From NCBI GenBank assembly GCA_051362555.1, contig CM120642.1:24366001-24430000 (forward strand): DNA of 64,000 nucleotides, read 5' to 3'. This document shows positions 1 through 13,500 of the stretch, in pieces. The position numbers and the translations under genes are program-made. The notes under the pieces are model-generated. The model ran no database searches, was not told where the DNA came from, and saw nothing but the letters and a program-made list of their open reading frames with translations. Position 1 is the first letter of the stretch. Every line of letters starts with the position of its first letter. The DNA is from Lingula anatina (taxonomy: Eukaryota > Animalia > Brachiopoda).

Positions 1-3000
1 CCCAAGTACCCCACCACCCACGAACAGGGTGGCACCACCCCCCTCTATATCAGGCCTGAGTCACTTTAGGATTCACACGGGTGGTGTGATGAACAAGGGG
101 ATCTCCCCATCGCGCTCCACCAAGCTGTCTATCGGACCCATAGGTGGTGAGGAGAGCGGCGAGGAGGAGGACATAGAGGTGGAGAAGACTGACAGAGAGA
201 TGGCGGATGAGAAGGCAAAGAAAGGTATAATATGTGGGCTTAAAAACGTTTGAAAAAATACTTATTATTTTTTATATCAAAGTATTTTATCAGCTGTATT
301 TTAAGCTGTTAGTTTCTTAAACCAACAATTAACTTACATTGAATGAGGAAGCTCTGAAAAGTTGATATGACAATGTAACATGTCTGTAGCCCCCTGAAGA
401 CATCTTGCAGGATTTTATCAATACAATATTGAAATGCAAATAATTTGTAATTGAGCTGCTTTTTTATGTTTTTTTTATCTTTACCAAAAAGGAAATTCCC
501 CCTGAATCAAATTTTTTTGGCAGATCTGTTTTTTTTTAGTTAGATTTTTAAAGTACTTCAGAAGAAACCCCAGTTTTTATTCTTTTACTAAGAGTGTTAA
601 AAGGAGTTCAGGGAAAGATACTGAAGAAGTCTATTTTAAGGAGATTGTAGTGTAGAGTAGTCAAAATTGAAATATGACTGGTAACAACTGAAACTATCAT
701 AGCTTATATGATGCAGTCAGTTTTGTTCATTTTCTGATCATATTTTCTGAATTTGAAGTAGCGTCAACTTGAAAAAAAAAGGAAAAAAAGTAATTAACAA
801 ATCTCGTATGTTCATGTGCAACAAACTGTTACAGTATCCAAAAACGAAAGGCAATTGTGTTTAACGGATGCCCTTCTTTAGATAAACCTAGGCCAATGAC
901 AGCCTCTGAACTGCTGCGTATAAAGAAGATGCAAATGTCAAAGCCACCACAAGGTGTCACTGCTCTGGACAAGATCAAGGCGCAGATAGGGGCTGGCCCT
1001 ACTGCTGCTGGGGATATAAACCTTGTGAAGGAGCCTCCCACTGAAAAACCCATTTTACCAGCTCCTGTTGTTGTTCAAGGTTTTGGCCTTCCTGGTGTGC
1101 TCCCATCTATATCAGGTATGAAGATATATCTCTGAACATTGTCATCTTTTCCCTGAAGTGTTGTCAACTTAAATACAGAAGCACTAATATATATATATAT
1201 TAATTTTAACAATGTGCGGGTTATAGCACATTCAGCATAAATGAAAATGTTTCACCAGTTTATACATATATGAGTAAGTATGGGCAATAAGAACATAAAT
1301 AATGAAATTTGGAGTTTTTAATACCCTTTTATGAAACTTGAAAACATGATACATAAAATTATTTTGCTGTGAACATGACATTGCTTTATTTTTATTCACT
1401 TTGAGCATATCTATTTCAAACATATATTCACAAGGGTCTTTGTGTTTATTTCAGAAATTCCCAAGAGTCAAAATAATGGTGAGGTCAGCACATCAGTAGC
1501 CCCAGAACCTGTACCAGTCCAGCTCTTGTCCTCTGAGGCACTGAGATCTCAGCAGGCGGCAGCACCAATTCAGCTGGTGTCAGGCCAGCAGGGTGCAGCA
1601 GCAGTACAACTAGTTTCTTCTCAACAGGGGGCAACACCAATTCAATTGGTGTCTAGCCAACAAGGGGCTACACCAATTCAGCTGGTGTCTAGCCAACAGG
1701 GGGCTACACCAATTCAGCTGGTGTCTAGCCAACAGGGGGCAACACCAATTCAGCTGGTGTCTAGCCAACAGGGGGCAACACCAATACAACTGGTACCCTC
1801 ACAGCAGGGGGTAGCACCAATACATCTGGTGTCCAGCCAGCAGGGGACAGCACCATTTAATGTGGTATGCCCCCAGGGGGCAGCACCAGTTCAGCTTATG
1901 GCTGGTCAGCAGGGGGCTGCACCAGTACAGCTAGTATCTTCACAGCAGGGGGCAGCACCAGTGCATCTTGTTTCAGCTCAGCAGTTGCCACAGACCACAT
2001 CTGTGGCACCAGTGTTAACAGGCAGTAAAACAGCTTTGCCGACAGATCTTTCTACTGTAGGCAAAGAATCTGGTAACACCAGTTCTAGTAATGCCAGTAG
2101 CACAAGTCTCCTTGGTGTCACTGGTGCCAGTGGTACTGGTAATAGCTCTGGTTCTGGAATACAAGTAGTGCCTGTTCCATTGTTGATTAAAGCTACAGTG
2201 CCACAGGGTCCAGGAAAGCCCCCAAGGATAGAGACAACAATCGTGAAAATCCAGGTATCTGTTGCCCCTGGACAAACAGTGATGTCAGCCATGAAGCAGC
2301 AGGGTTTGCCAGTCATGGAGGAAGACTCCAGTATTCAGCCTATTCCAGTGTCAATTCAAACCAAGCCACAAGTGACACCAGGGCAGCAGGCTGCTGAAGG
2401 TGCATCTGCCGGTTCAAGTGACAGCAGTAAACCCATGCAGCAGCCCCAACCTGAAGCCATGTCTACCAACAGCAGTCCAAATGATACCAGTTGTAAAACA
2501 GAGAATCCTCAAGAGATGGCTAAGCATCTGGATGGAATGGGAGCACTGGTTGCGAAGATCTTAGAATCAGCTGTCAGTTCTGCTGCTGCTTCTACTTCAG
2601 TGGGGGCTGCTGCTCATACCATGATTACAACTACAGTAAGTGCAATCTCTGGAAACACCATGCAGCATGTAGGGGCCTCCACTTCCACTATTGGTGCCAC
2701 AGCAAAGCTCAACCAAGCAACATCCACTTCCACAACATCCAAATCTGGAATGTTCAGTGGTCAGCAGTCATTACTTACCAGTGGTCAACAGGCTGCTACA
2801 GTCATTACCCAGCAGCCTGTAGTTTGCACAGGGCAGCATTTGGTAGTTATGAACACAAGTGGACAGCCATCTATTGTAAGTAAAATTCCACAGCCTAAAG
2901 GGTTGACCACTCCAAAGAAGACATCTAGGTCCAAGGTGGCCAAGAATTCCAATGCTGTAACAAAGCTTCTTATCCCTGTCAGTGGGACTGCCAAAGTGAG

Positions 3001-6000
3001 TCCACTTCTAATTCCTGTGAATCCCCAGCATTTGATGCCAATGATGAGGGTGGACAGCAGTACCAAGGAGACAGGAAAGGAAGTTGTACATTTGGTGCCT
3101 TTGCCACCCTCAGGTATATTGTAATACTTGAAAATAAATTTTAAAGTTTTTTACCCAAGAGGTACAGTCAAAATCCATGTTCCCATCTGTGCATGGTTTC
3201 AATTTCACAAAATCCTCAAATGCCAAGCATGCTATTTTAAGTGGGTATTCTTTGCATACAAAGATGTTGTTCACAAGTATAACAACATTTGGCTGCAAAA
3301 TTTCCTATTAGTATTAAAGCTCAGTATTTTATATTTTGTCATTTTAGAACAACAAACGAGGACAGCAGCACCAGTTCTCCCATTGAAGGTCCTCCAGAGC
3401 ATGCAGGGGGCTATCAGACTGGCCAATGGGCAGTATGCCATACCATTAACTTACAGTTCAGGCAATAAAAAAACATCTAGTTCACTTCTACTTCCAACAG
3501 CAAGTCAGAGTCCCCTAATAAATAAGGCACCAGGGTTACAGGGTGCCATAGGTGCCTCTGGCCAATCCGTGATACTCCTTACTCCTAAGGTTTCTACTAC
3601 TACTCCTATTAAAAGTACTACACTCACTGCAAGTAAAGCAAGCACAATGAGTCAGAAGAAACCAGAACACAGTCTAGGTGTTACTACCACTACCACTATG
3701 ACCTCAGTAACTGAAGCTAATAACCCCTTCGCAGCAGTCGGAAACAAGCATATTATCTTTTCTGCCACTGTAGCATCCGATGGTAATCTTTCCATTGCCC
3801 AAGGGGGAAATCCCAAAAAGATAAAAGCACACACTGTAAACATCCCTGTTGGTGAGCCAAGTAGAGAGGCTGACACAAACACAGTGAATACTGTCGGGAC
3901 TACCATGACTCCAAAGGAACATGTATCTTCAAAAGCCACAATCCCAGTTGAGCAAGATTCTGCCCAGAACAAGAATTCCACTGTTCAAACAGATGCATCC
4001 AAAACTGCCACCACTGAAAGCATCTCCTCAAACAAGGCAACTGTGCAGCCAGTTACCTCGTTACCTCAGACTGTGGCCTCAACTGAGCCAGTTTCTGCCA
4101 ATGCCAAGAATACCACAGCCTCTAAGATTTCTCCAACAGGCAATTCCAACACTTCCATCATTGGCAGCATCTTAAACAAGCCAACTTTGAACCAGGTCAC
4201 CTCTCTACCTCATACGCTGACCTCCCTTGGTCAAGATTTGGTTGGTGCCAACAGTACCATTGGGAACCAGCTTCCTTCAGAAGTTGCCATCAAGACTACA
4301 GTCACAGGTAGCAGCTCCTCAACCCACATGGCACCTATGAACCAGACCTCCTCTCTTCCTCAGACCACAACCCATAGCATAAAGGACTCCACCACTACCA
4401 CCACCACCACCACCACCACCACCAGCACCCCTGTAGACCAGTGCGCGATGCAATTCCCTAACAAAAATCAGAAACGATCTGCATCTGATGCAGAAATGGA
4501 GGCTGATAAAGCACCTAGTAAAAAAACCAAACTGGCTGGGGCAGAAGAGGGTAATGCAGAATTCAATGAAGAGATATTAGACTTCAAGTTCTTTGATGAT
4601 ACCACAGGTGAGGTGATAACAGTGCGTCAGGCCCAAGCTGAGGAGAGCAGTGATGAGGATGGAGAGGTCGGAGCTGGAGATGTTGCCCCTGTGAGGATTG
4701 ATGATGAATCGGAAGATGCAGGCAAGGCTGAGAATAGAGAAGTGGTGAAAAAAGATGCTGTGGTAGATTCTAATGATGCTGCATGTACGAAGGATGTTGG
4801 AGAAGTTGACAAGAAGGGTGAGGGTGTCAATCGGGATGTCAGGAAAGAAATTTTAAAAGAAAGTGAGACCAGTGAAGATGAAAGTGTGGTTTTAATGTCA
4901 AAACCAGTTTATAAACAAAGTGCACATGGTCCTAGTGGTGCCAACAAACCACAGGGACAAAAAGAGGATTTACCTACTGTGCCAGAACCAAATGTCACTA
5001 CTGCTTCCAGTGCATCCATAACTTCTAATTCCCCGGCAGTAGTACAGCCTGCAAGCAGGGCATCAAAACGCAAGTCAAAACAAGAGGTTCGTGTTGAATC
5101 TCCTGTACCGTTGCCACAAATCAAGAAGGTGTCGGCAGTGCCTGCTACATCCCCAGCACTAAGCCGGTCAAGCTCCCCTGGTCTGTCATCAGACAGCGAG
5201 GTCAGTAGACTAATGATTTTCATGATAAAATGATGTCTTGATATATTTTATTTGGAATTGTTGGGTAGTATTTAATGGATGTTTGAAAGTTTGTAGAAGT
5301 TCTTGCTTGGTACACTGATTGCAGTATTTGCATGAAAAGAATATAATGGTTAGTTTGCAGAGGGTTTTACAGTGCATTTTTTGTAGTCTTTATGAAATAT
5401 TGAATTATATGAATACATATATGAGTGGTGTCAATTTTTTAAACTTTATAAAATGCACAATCTTGAGGAGATTAAGGATCAACTTTGTTGAGATTATTTA
5501 AGCTTAACTAATGTTATGACAATATTTTACTTGTTTTTATGTTGATTGTAAGTCATCGAAATGTAGCTTCCACTAAGGTTTTCTATATTTTATTTTTGAT
5601 ACAACTGCAGTATGACAGTGAGGAGATAGACATAGAGACTTATGAAGAGACGGAGGCAACCCGACTGCGCATGATGGTAAACCACGAGGCAGTGGTGGGT
5701 CCTGGGGCAGCAGTGAGTGTTAAGAGGAATAAACGAAAGTCTCCCATCCAGGCCAAGCAGCTTACTCACCAGGTGGAGTTCACAGAGGTATGAGGACAGC
5801 CTTAGCCTGAGGCAGTGAGCAAGAATTCTGCAGCCAAATTGAATTAAGGGAATAAAGGCTACATATTTGAAAAAAACAAAAACAATCATTTATCGACCAA
5901 GTTGGATTTCAAAAGGGGTGGATGGAATAATGAAGTGGATTAGATGATGGGAATGGAAATAAATGGAGAGTAAATTGTTAAATTAATTAAATGGATGACC

Positions 6001-8431
6001 TAATTAAATTATGATAATAATAATAATAAGAGTAAAATAAAAAGGATGTAAAAAAGATGAAAAATGATTAAAATGCCAGAGTCAGTTATAATGTTGATAT
6101 TTTTTGCCAATGGTAATTCTTACTTTTCAAATTCTTGAAACAGATTTTAGCTACCAGTGTTAGGGTGCATTCCAAGAGATTTAGATCGATCCAGAGATTT
6201 AGATTTAGATCGACCTAAGTCCCTGGGGGTTCACGCTAAATTGCAGTCAGCTGAGTGCGCACCATAGGTAATTTCCCCCTTTCAGCTTTTAATAGGCGGG
6301 ACAGATTCTTAAGCCGGCTAAGCTGACAGTAATCTAGTGAGACTCCCCACAGGGATAGATCTATCTAAAATCTATGGGAATGGGGTCTTAGTTTTGCTTG
6401 CTCCTTTTACCAGTGAAACTAATATGGTTGTTTTCTTTCAGGAACTGGTCATGATTGAAGGTGTAAAGGCACCGTCATACATCCGCTTGGATAAAAAAAT
6501 ACACATGACTAGGTAAGGCAGATTGAAGGGAAAACTTGATTTTTACTATGCTGACCAAAATTCTGTGCATCTAAATTCTGTTCTGAACAATTCAAAGATT
6601 TGAATGAAAGGGCAAAATCAGAAATTCAAATGATCAGTATTTTAGGGGGAGGTTGTTAAGTTGGTTGGTTAAGTTGATCATTTTCTATGGAAAAGTGTAA
6701 TAAACATTTTATATTTTTTAATTTTTATCATTTACAACGTGTAATTTTACTCCTTTGATAAATTTTCAAGAGTTACAGTGAGTTAATATATTTCTTTATG
6801 ATATCTCAATTTGCTCTCAATTAAAAGATGAGTCTGTGGTAAAAGTGCTGATAGACTTTACTTTAAAGTGAAATTGAATAAAATTATCTACTTCTTCAGA
6901 GAGCGTGCCAGGAGGACAGAATTGATGTACAAGTTTAAAGATTTAAAACAGATTGTCTACCCAGATGAATTGGATGAAAAGATCTCAAAAATTAATGTAT
7001 TGAATGGGGTATGTGTAATCTGTTTGTATTAATTTTAAATTATTTTTAAATTTATAAAATTTTGAACATAGACACCAATGATGCAGTTCCTGGATATCAA
7101 ATTTTTTGAAGTTAAGTTGATCTTTAAGCACATTATACTGTGGGCACTTTCAATCATCCCCGAGAGATATTTGGAAAAGGGGATTTTATTTCAAATCATC
7201 ATAAATTGATCTTCTTTCATATTCTCACCATCAATGAACATCTGAAGTCATGCTTTCTCTAAGGATTACTTCTCAGCCCTGGAGTTATGTCTTTTACTTC
7301 AGTTTAAATTGGGAGAAATGTTGGGTAAAAATGGCAGGTTGTTGTCTTTCTCTTTTAATACCTTTCCTAATTCTTAATATACAACTTTGCTAGTGTACAT
7401 ATGATATCAGACTTTATAAAAAAAGCTATTTTATATGAATGATATTTATTTTAGGCCATTCAGTTAATTGATCAACTGGTGAGAAAAGATGCAGAACTGC
7501 AAAATCAAATACGTCTACATACGAAGCAGCAGGAATTTCTGAAAAATAAATTGTTCAAAATAAAAGGTGAGTCAGCTATTTAATTTTTATGAATAAAAAG
7601 TGCAGGAAGAAAAGGGGTCTTGTCTTTTCTCTAATTTTACACACATGCATGCACACACACACAGGCACACACTGTAAGAGACATACTGAACATGATTAAA
7701 CCATATATGCCTCGAACAGATCTAAGCACAGTAGATTTTACATTAATTGGACACCTTTTGGAATGGAAATCCTCGAGTGAAACAGAAAATTGTCAGTATT
7801 AAAAGATAGTGTTATGCAAAGTGGACTGTATGTTTTAAGTTTCTCTACTAATGTTAAAAAACCATTATGTCACTGTTTACTGATAAAGTCAGTCTGCATT
7901 TCTCCCCTGAAGCAGGGCTGGGATTTTACTAAGGGGTCAAAAGACTTTGGAAGAGGGGTTAGAAATCGTGCTTGCAAATGCAAATGTACCCCAAGAAATC
8001 TGATGAGGAAAAGAGGGGTCAAACCTCCTTTTGCCCCTCACATCTTCTCCCTCTTATTCCATTTTGTTTAATTTGAAGATGTTCAAGTGACGAAGACAAG
8101 TTGAAATTTTAGAAAATGCAGTTTGGTTGTTAAATAGAATATTTTTGCATTGATATGATTTCATAGAAAACAAATCCACTTGTGTATTTTAGATGCGAAG
8201 AGACGCCAAGAATTAGGAATAACTGAGGGATTCACTATTGTGGAGGATAAAAGTGCAATCATGGAAAAAGTACCAACAGGTGCTAGATTCTCGGTTGAAT
8301 CTAATACAAAACAACCAGATGTGGGACCTGAAAACCCAGAAATGGCTCCAAAGACTATAATAATTAAACAGGAGCCAAGGAGTGACTTTGATACTCCAGA
8401 ATTTGAAATAGTGTCTCACTCAGAAAACTAA
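1..8431 (+). CDS. MGA: MAX gene-associated (MGA)-like bHLH-leucine zipper transcription factor, 3' part; 5' end lies outside the window
   Basis: Phase-consistent GT-AG exons: <1-224, 882-1115, 1455-3113, 3348-5200, 5611-5787, 6442-6512, 6900-7008, 7455-7566, 8193-8431 (TAA). The spliced C-terminus HMTRERARRTELMYKFKDLKQIVYPDELDEKISKINVLNGAIQLIDQLVRKDAELQNQIRLHTKQQEFLKNKLFKIK is a Myc/Max-family bHLH-Zip. It is preceded by the acidic motif DSEEIDIETYEE and very long S/T/Q/P low-complexity exons, an MGA-like architecture. Orthology comes from recalled motif similarity; no T-box is visible in the window. Confidence 0.75.
1550..1985 (+). repeat. Coding 36-bp tandem repeat (about 12 copies of QQGATPIQLVSS-like 12-aa unit)
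   Basis: Repeated caacagggggc(a/t)acaccaattcagctggtgtctagc units, near-identical in the middle and degenerate at the edges. Confidence 0.9.
4391..4423 (+). repeat. (ACC)n trinucleotide repeat encoding poly-Thr
   Basis: accactaccaccaccaccaccaccaccaccacc lies in frame in the 3348-5200 exon. Confidence 0.9.
6163..6387. mobile_element. PIF/Harbinger-type MITE, family A, copy 1
   Basis: TTA on both sides (6160-6162, 6388-6390). Imperfect TIRs gggtgcattccaagagatttagat / atctaaaatctatgggaatggggtc. The body aligns by eye, in reverse orientation, to 58722-58936. Confidence 0.8.
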
Positions 8432-9021
8432 GAATATTTTTTTCTTATCAGAATAGGGAATCAGATACATTATTTGCATTTGTGTTTTTATTTCTTAATG
8501 ATAACTTTATTGATTAATTTATCATATTTTGATTTTCTTTATTATTTTTTTTCACTTAATGCTTTTGGCCATGTTCACCAATTTTGCTTATATTTAATTC
8601 AGAAGGTTGTAGTGTAGCAATTTTGAGTTATATTTAAATTTCTTGTAGCATACCTGCTTGTATTGAATTAAATTGTATATGCATGAATTGCCTGAGATAT
8701 TCACAGTATCAATTTTTTGTTTTCCTGCATATTGAGGTTTTTTGACATGGCTTTTTTATGCCAGGCATAGCATTAGAAATGCATTAATTTTATATTGTTA
8801 CATATTTAAGAATTGTTGTCAGATTTACCAGAATTCTTCTTTACTGATAAACTTTCTGTATCTTATTTTCTATGAATATTGTCAGTATTTTTTTTTTTTT
8901 TTTTTTTTTTTTGCAGGTTGTTTTCTTGAAAATGAATTTTGCTTTGTGAAAAAGTGATATTTTAAATATTTTAGTTCATTTCTAGGTAAATAAGTTGCAT
9001 TTTGACATAAAGTTTTAAATT

Positions 9022-9027
9022 AATAAA
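9022..9027 (+). terminator. Candidate poly(A) signal of the MGA-like gene
   Basis: AATAAA about 590 nt after the stop codon, followed by T-rich sequence. Confidence 0.4.
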
Positions 9028-9519
9028 TATGATGAATTTTTTTATCATTCAAAATGCATTTTATTATTGTTTTGGGAAATTAAGCTGTAAGTTAAACATT
9101 GGTAAATATATGATGTATATTTATACATTACTTAGTAAGTAACTCACCTTTCAAAAAGCCGAGACTTAATATATAGTTATTTTCATTTTCCCAAACAAGT
9201 TGGTAATCAACTAAATGTTTTACATGTAATCAAGTGAAATGTTGGTGTATATAGTCGTAATTGAACATGTGTGCTATATGGTTATTGTTGTTGACAAGGG
9301 CGTGTATATCGTTTTGGTACAAAATGCGATTTTTTGCTCCGTTGGTTTGAAACAAATAACATATTATGTAGATAAAATAGATTTCATGTACATAATGGAA
9401 TAAAAGCCAAAAATGGGGAAAATGCTTTTTTTTTTATTCCTGGTCCCATTTCGTTGTTCCCACTATGAATGAAAGAAGATCGTAGAGTTATAATTCTAAA
9501 AATAGAAATATGAGGGAAT

Positions 9520-10210
9520 TCCTGCAATTACCCGGATGTTTAGTAATTTCCCTCGAAATTCAAATCGAGGCTAGCATGTTGCTAAGCCTAACAACATGCT
9601 CGAAGTGCTGATGCTGGAATCCCTAGTAGGGCGATCGATATTTTTCTCAGACAGAACTGAATTTATTAAGAGTGAGTGTGCCGTATGGCTGGATAATACA
9701 TTAGTTGAATAATATCATCCCAGGAGACGCCAGCGTGCGCGGCTTATTCATCGGAGCCGTACATTCAGTTGAGTCACTTTTTACGACTGGGTAGGAAGAG
9801 GCAGCTGCACTGGACGTGGAGCGGTGAGCTTTTTTTTTTGTATTTTTTTCTCTCCACAAAAAAGCCACCTATGGAAAAGATTTTTTACCGCAGTTAAGGA
9901 TAGATTTTTAGAATTAGTGTACAATATTGATTCGGTTAAGAGTGCGTTAACTTGATTTCTAACGATTTGCTATGAGCAGTTAAACATCGATCTACTGGCG
10001 TTTTTCTTTTGTGTGGGTTTTGCCAGTAGTTCCTAGGCTCAACTCAGACACTTAAGACCAGTAGACGACTCGGAGCAGATCCCACGCGCAGACGTGCGTG
10101 CTCTGTGAATTGATAATTGTAGGTAAACAAAGACGCCGTGGCAAGTGGGTTTAATTGCCACTGCGATCAAACTACTAATAATTAAGATTACTGGCACACT
10201 AAGGCAAGGT
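9520..10210 (+). promoter_or_regulatory. Probable DCLK promoter and non-coding 5' exons
   Basis: Local CpG/GC enrichment in AT-rich DNA, an ETS-like ccggatgt, and donor-like sites (agagtgagt near 9672, gcggtgagc near 9824). These lie upstream of the acceptor tttcag at 10530-10535 that opens the first coding exon. Confidence 0.45.
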
Positions 10211-10590
10211 GTGCAAGTGATGACTTTCAATTTGGGAGAATATATGTAAAATCTTTGAAAGAACATGTTGGTGATACATTATTGCATTTGAATTACTATA
10301 TGTACATAGATTATTATCATGATTCTTTCTTATAATATTTGTTATCACAAGTGCAGCACACAATGTGGCATATGGTTTTGAAGATGTTTACTTATTTAGA
10401 AACAGATGCTAATAATTATGTCAATTTAAAAGTAAATAAAGTGAAGAATAAATATCTTTCAGGGATCACACATAAGGACAATACCATAAGGCATTTAATC
10501 AACTGAACATTTATTGTATTTATTTGCTTTTTCAGTAACATCTATTTTACAGGGGATCCAAAACACCCACCATCCTAAGAGAGAAAAAAT

Positions 10591-13500
10591 ATGGTGGATT
10601 ATTACAGCAGCAGTGCCATGGATGAACACTTTCCACCCTCAGAAGACCGTTTCAGTCGGCGTGTTGGTTCCCGTCAGAGTGCCGGAGCAGGAGGGCGTAT
10701 CAGCCCCACACATAGTGCCCATGGGAGTCTCATACGCTCCAGCATCATTCGCATCAGTGAAGAAAAACGTGCCAAGAAAGTGCGATTCTACCGCAATGGT
10801 GATCGCTTCTTCAAAGGAATGATATATGCTGTGTCGCCTGAGCGTTTTCGGACTTTTGAATCTCTTTTGGCTGAGCTGACGAGTAGTCCGCTGTGTGATA
10901 AGAATGTGCTTCCTAGTGGTGTGCGCCATGTTTTTTCCATTGATGGATCCAAGAAGATAACACATCTTGACCAGCTGGAGGAGGGAGAAAATTATGTTTG
11001 TGCATCGACGGATGCATTTAGAAGAGTTGATTACTCTAAATGCTGGACGCCCAATTGGAATCCCAATGTCCGCAGCCCGGCAACTGGGCAAGCTCATGAG
11101 GGAGCCTCAGCGTCCAATACCCCCGCCCCTCCAAGGCAAGAAACACAGGATGAGTTCAAGAATTACATACGACCAAAGTTGGTCACCATCATACGCAATG
11201 GAACAAAACCGAGAAAAGCCGTGAGGATTCTTTTAAATAAGAAGACTGCTCACTCCTTCGAACAAGTCCTGAATGATGTTACTGAGGCAATCAAACTGGA
11301 CACTGGTGCTGTGAGAAAGATTTTCACTTTGGATGGAAGACAGGTGAGTTTACTTTAAGACATTGCAGATATAATTAAATCTTTGATTTTTGACTTTTGA
11401 TTATTTGGATTTTTTGTATCTGTTTATGATATTTATCCATCCTCTAAGTTTTGATATGGTTACCCATACATGCTGGAGTTGACCACATATGTAGATAAAA
11501 AGTTAACTTTGTTGGGAAAAAAATGGATCCTAAGGCTGTTAATCCAGTGCTGTACATAGGCTGGCTGTAACCTAAATTAGTGAATGGTAGAAAAAGGATG
11601 GACAATCAGAAGCATTTACCATGGATGCACTTCTGTTAATATGTTCATTAAGAAAAGAAAGAAATTATGAGTAAAAAAAAATGGTATTTTTTGTTGTAAC
11701 TGGTTAATATATGCCTGGCCAACATATCACGCAGTCTGTTCAGCCTCCAAAGGAACTACTGTTTTTATAGAGAAAACTATTGTTATCCTATTTGAAAGGT
11801 CAATTACTGATACCTTGCAGCTAAAGTTTGTCCAAACAAACTTATCTATCTAGCTGTGGCAGTCACAGCTCAATAATTGAAGCATATACATTATTTATAG
11901 CAATGGGTAGCATGCCAGTTGTCAGCACTTGTTTTCTTTTTGATTGACTTCACTTCTGACATAATTGATAGTGCAGGAAAATCATCACAAAATGTTTGAA
12001 AGAAGGTCTTTAAAATGCTCCTTATTCAAGGCTGAGATGATTGAATTGAAATTAGATTCACACTATTATTTAGAATGAAATTATTATATCTATTAAATAC
12101 TACATGTTTTGCATACAATCAGCTACCAAAGGGCTAATAATGATGACTTACATATATAATCCAGGCCCTTGTTAGCAAGTATGTAGCCCTACAAGGCATT
12201 ATTTGAGCTAATTTAGGATTAACAATGTAGTGTCTGTGTGCACACTTTTCATCTGAATTATTTATCTTAATCTCTGCCACGTACTGCAAATAATTAGCCA
12301 TTTCACCAATATTCCCAATCCCCACTACTATGTTGATGAAGTATATTTATCAGGTAATTGTGGGAGCATTTTGAGTAACACAGAAACCCAAAGCCCATGG
12401 CAAACTTGTGTAGTGTACAGCCTCAAAATCTCATTTGAAAAAAAAAACTCAGAATTGATTTTTATTTTGAGGCAAGAACTTTGCTCACTTCTCTAGTGAA
12501 TAGTTGCTGGAAGGCTCCAAGAATAGCTAATACGGAGTATGACTCATAATGTTCCATAAATTGTTTTCCCTTTTTTTTCCATATGAGAATCTGCACATAT
12601 GATAGCTTGGGAAAAGCTTAATGGCCTGGCTGCAGCTAAAATTTTATAGCTGAAATTCTGAATTAAGGCATTGTCTCAAAATGGAAGGTTTACATTGGAT
12701 TTTGACTGAAACTCAATTCAGAGCTATTTAGGTCATCAATAAACAGTTTGTAATGAATTCATACCTAATTCCAGCATAATTTTGGTAATGGCATTGAGGA
12801 TACACCATGATTGAAACGCATGGTCAAGTGCTTTTTTTAAGTAAAATGTTCAACTTGGTACAGTATCTGCAATTAAATTAATGATCAAATTAAAAGTGTA
12901 AAATCAAGGGCACTTGGCCCTAATGGCTGATGCCATGTGAGATGTGTTATCAACCAATATACTTAACAAAATGTTGTTAAAATCAAGCAAAAAATTGGGG
13001 AAAATGGCTCCTTACACAATCAGACTTAAATGGTGCAATACTTTCAGCAGCAGTAGAACAGCTGAGCATTACTGACAGTTAAGTAGTCAATATTAATCAC
13101 TTTTTACACTCAAAGGAAATTAAAGATAAAGTATAATTTGCGGTTCGTTAGTGTTAATACGGAAATGAATTATACGCCAGTATACAAGATGTTGATTTGT
13201 ACCACACAAGAAAAATTGAAAGTGAACTTTTGTATCAGTTCACCTTTCCTTAGCTACAAGTAAGTGCTTGGTTGGGCTAATTGTTAGTTTTATATTACAT
13301 CCTCTGAAGTGTGGTCTTTGTAAATAAACTATGTACACACTAAGCATATACTTCTCCTTCAATATAACCCAATCTCAACAATACTAGAAAGTAAACAAAG
13401 CTTCAAAAGGCTTGGTATTTAAAGTTATTCTAACTTAGGTGTCACTGTGAAAGGGGATGTGATTGTATTGTACGTAAGAATTGGGCTCTGTGTGCAGTTC

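Noticed and set aside
835-881. Acceptor acag| at 834 as the start of the second MGA-like exon
   Set aside because: With the phase-1 upstream donor it hits TAG within 15 codons. The acceptor at 880-881 keeps the frame.
1550-1985. Regular 36-bp repeats as a CRISPR array
   Set aside because: No unique spacers, in frame within a eukaryotic exon, and no cas genes.
1978-5223. Several antisense ORFs over the large MGA-like exons
   Set aside because: Shadow frames of long, GC-richer coding exons with no independent features.
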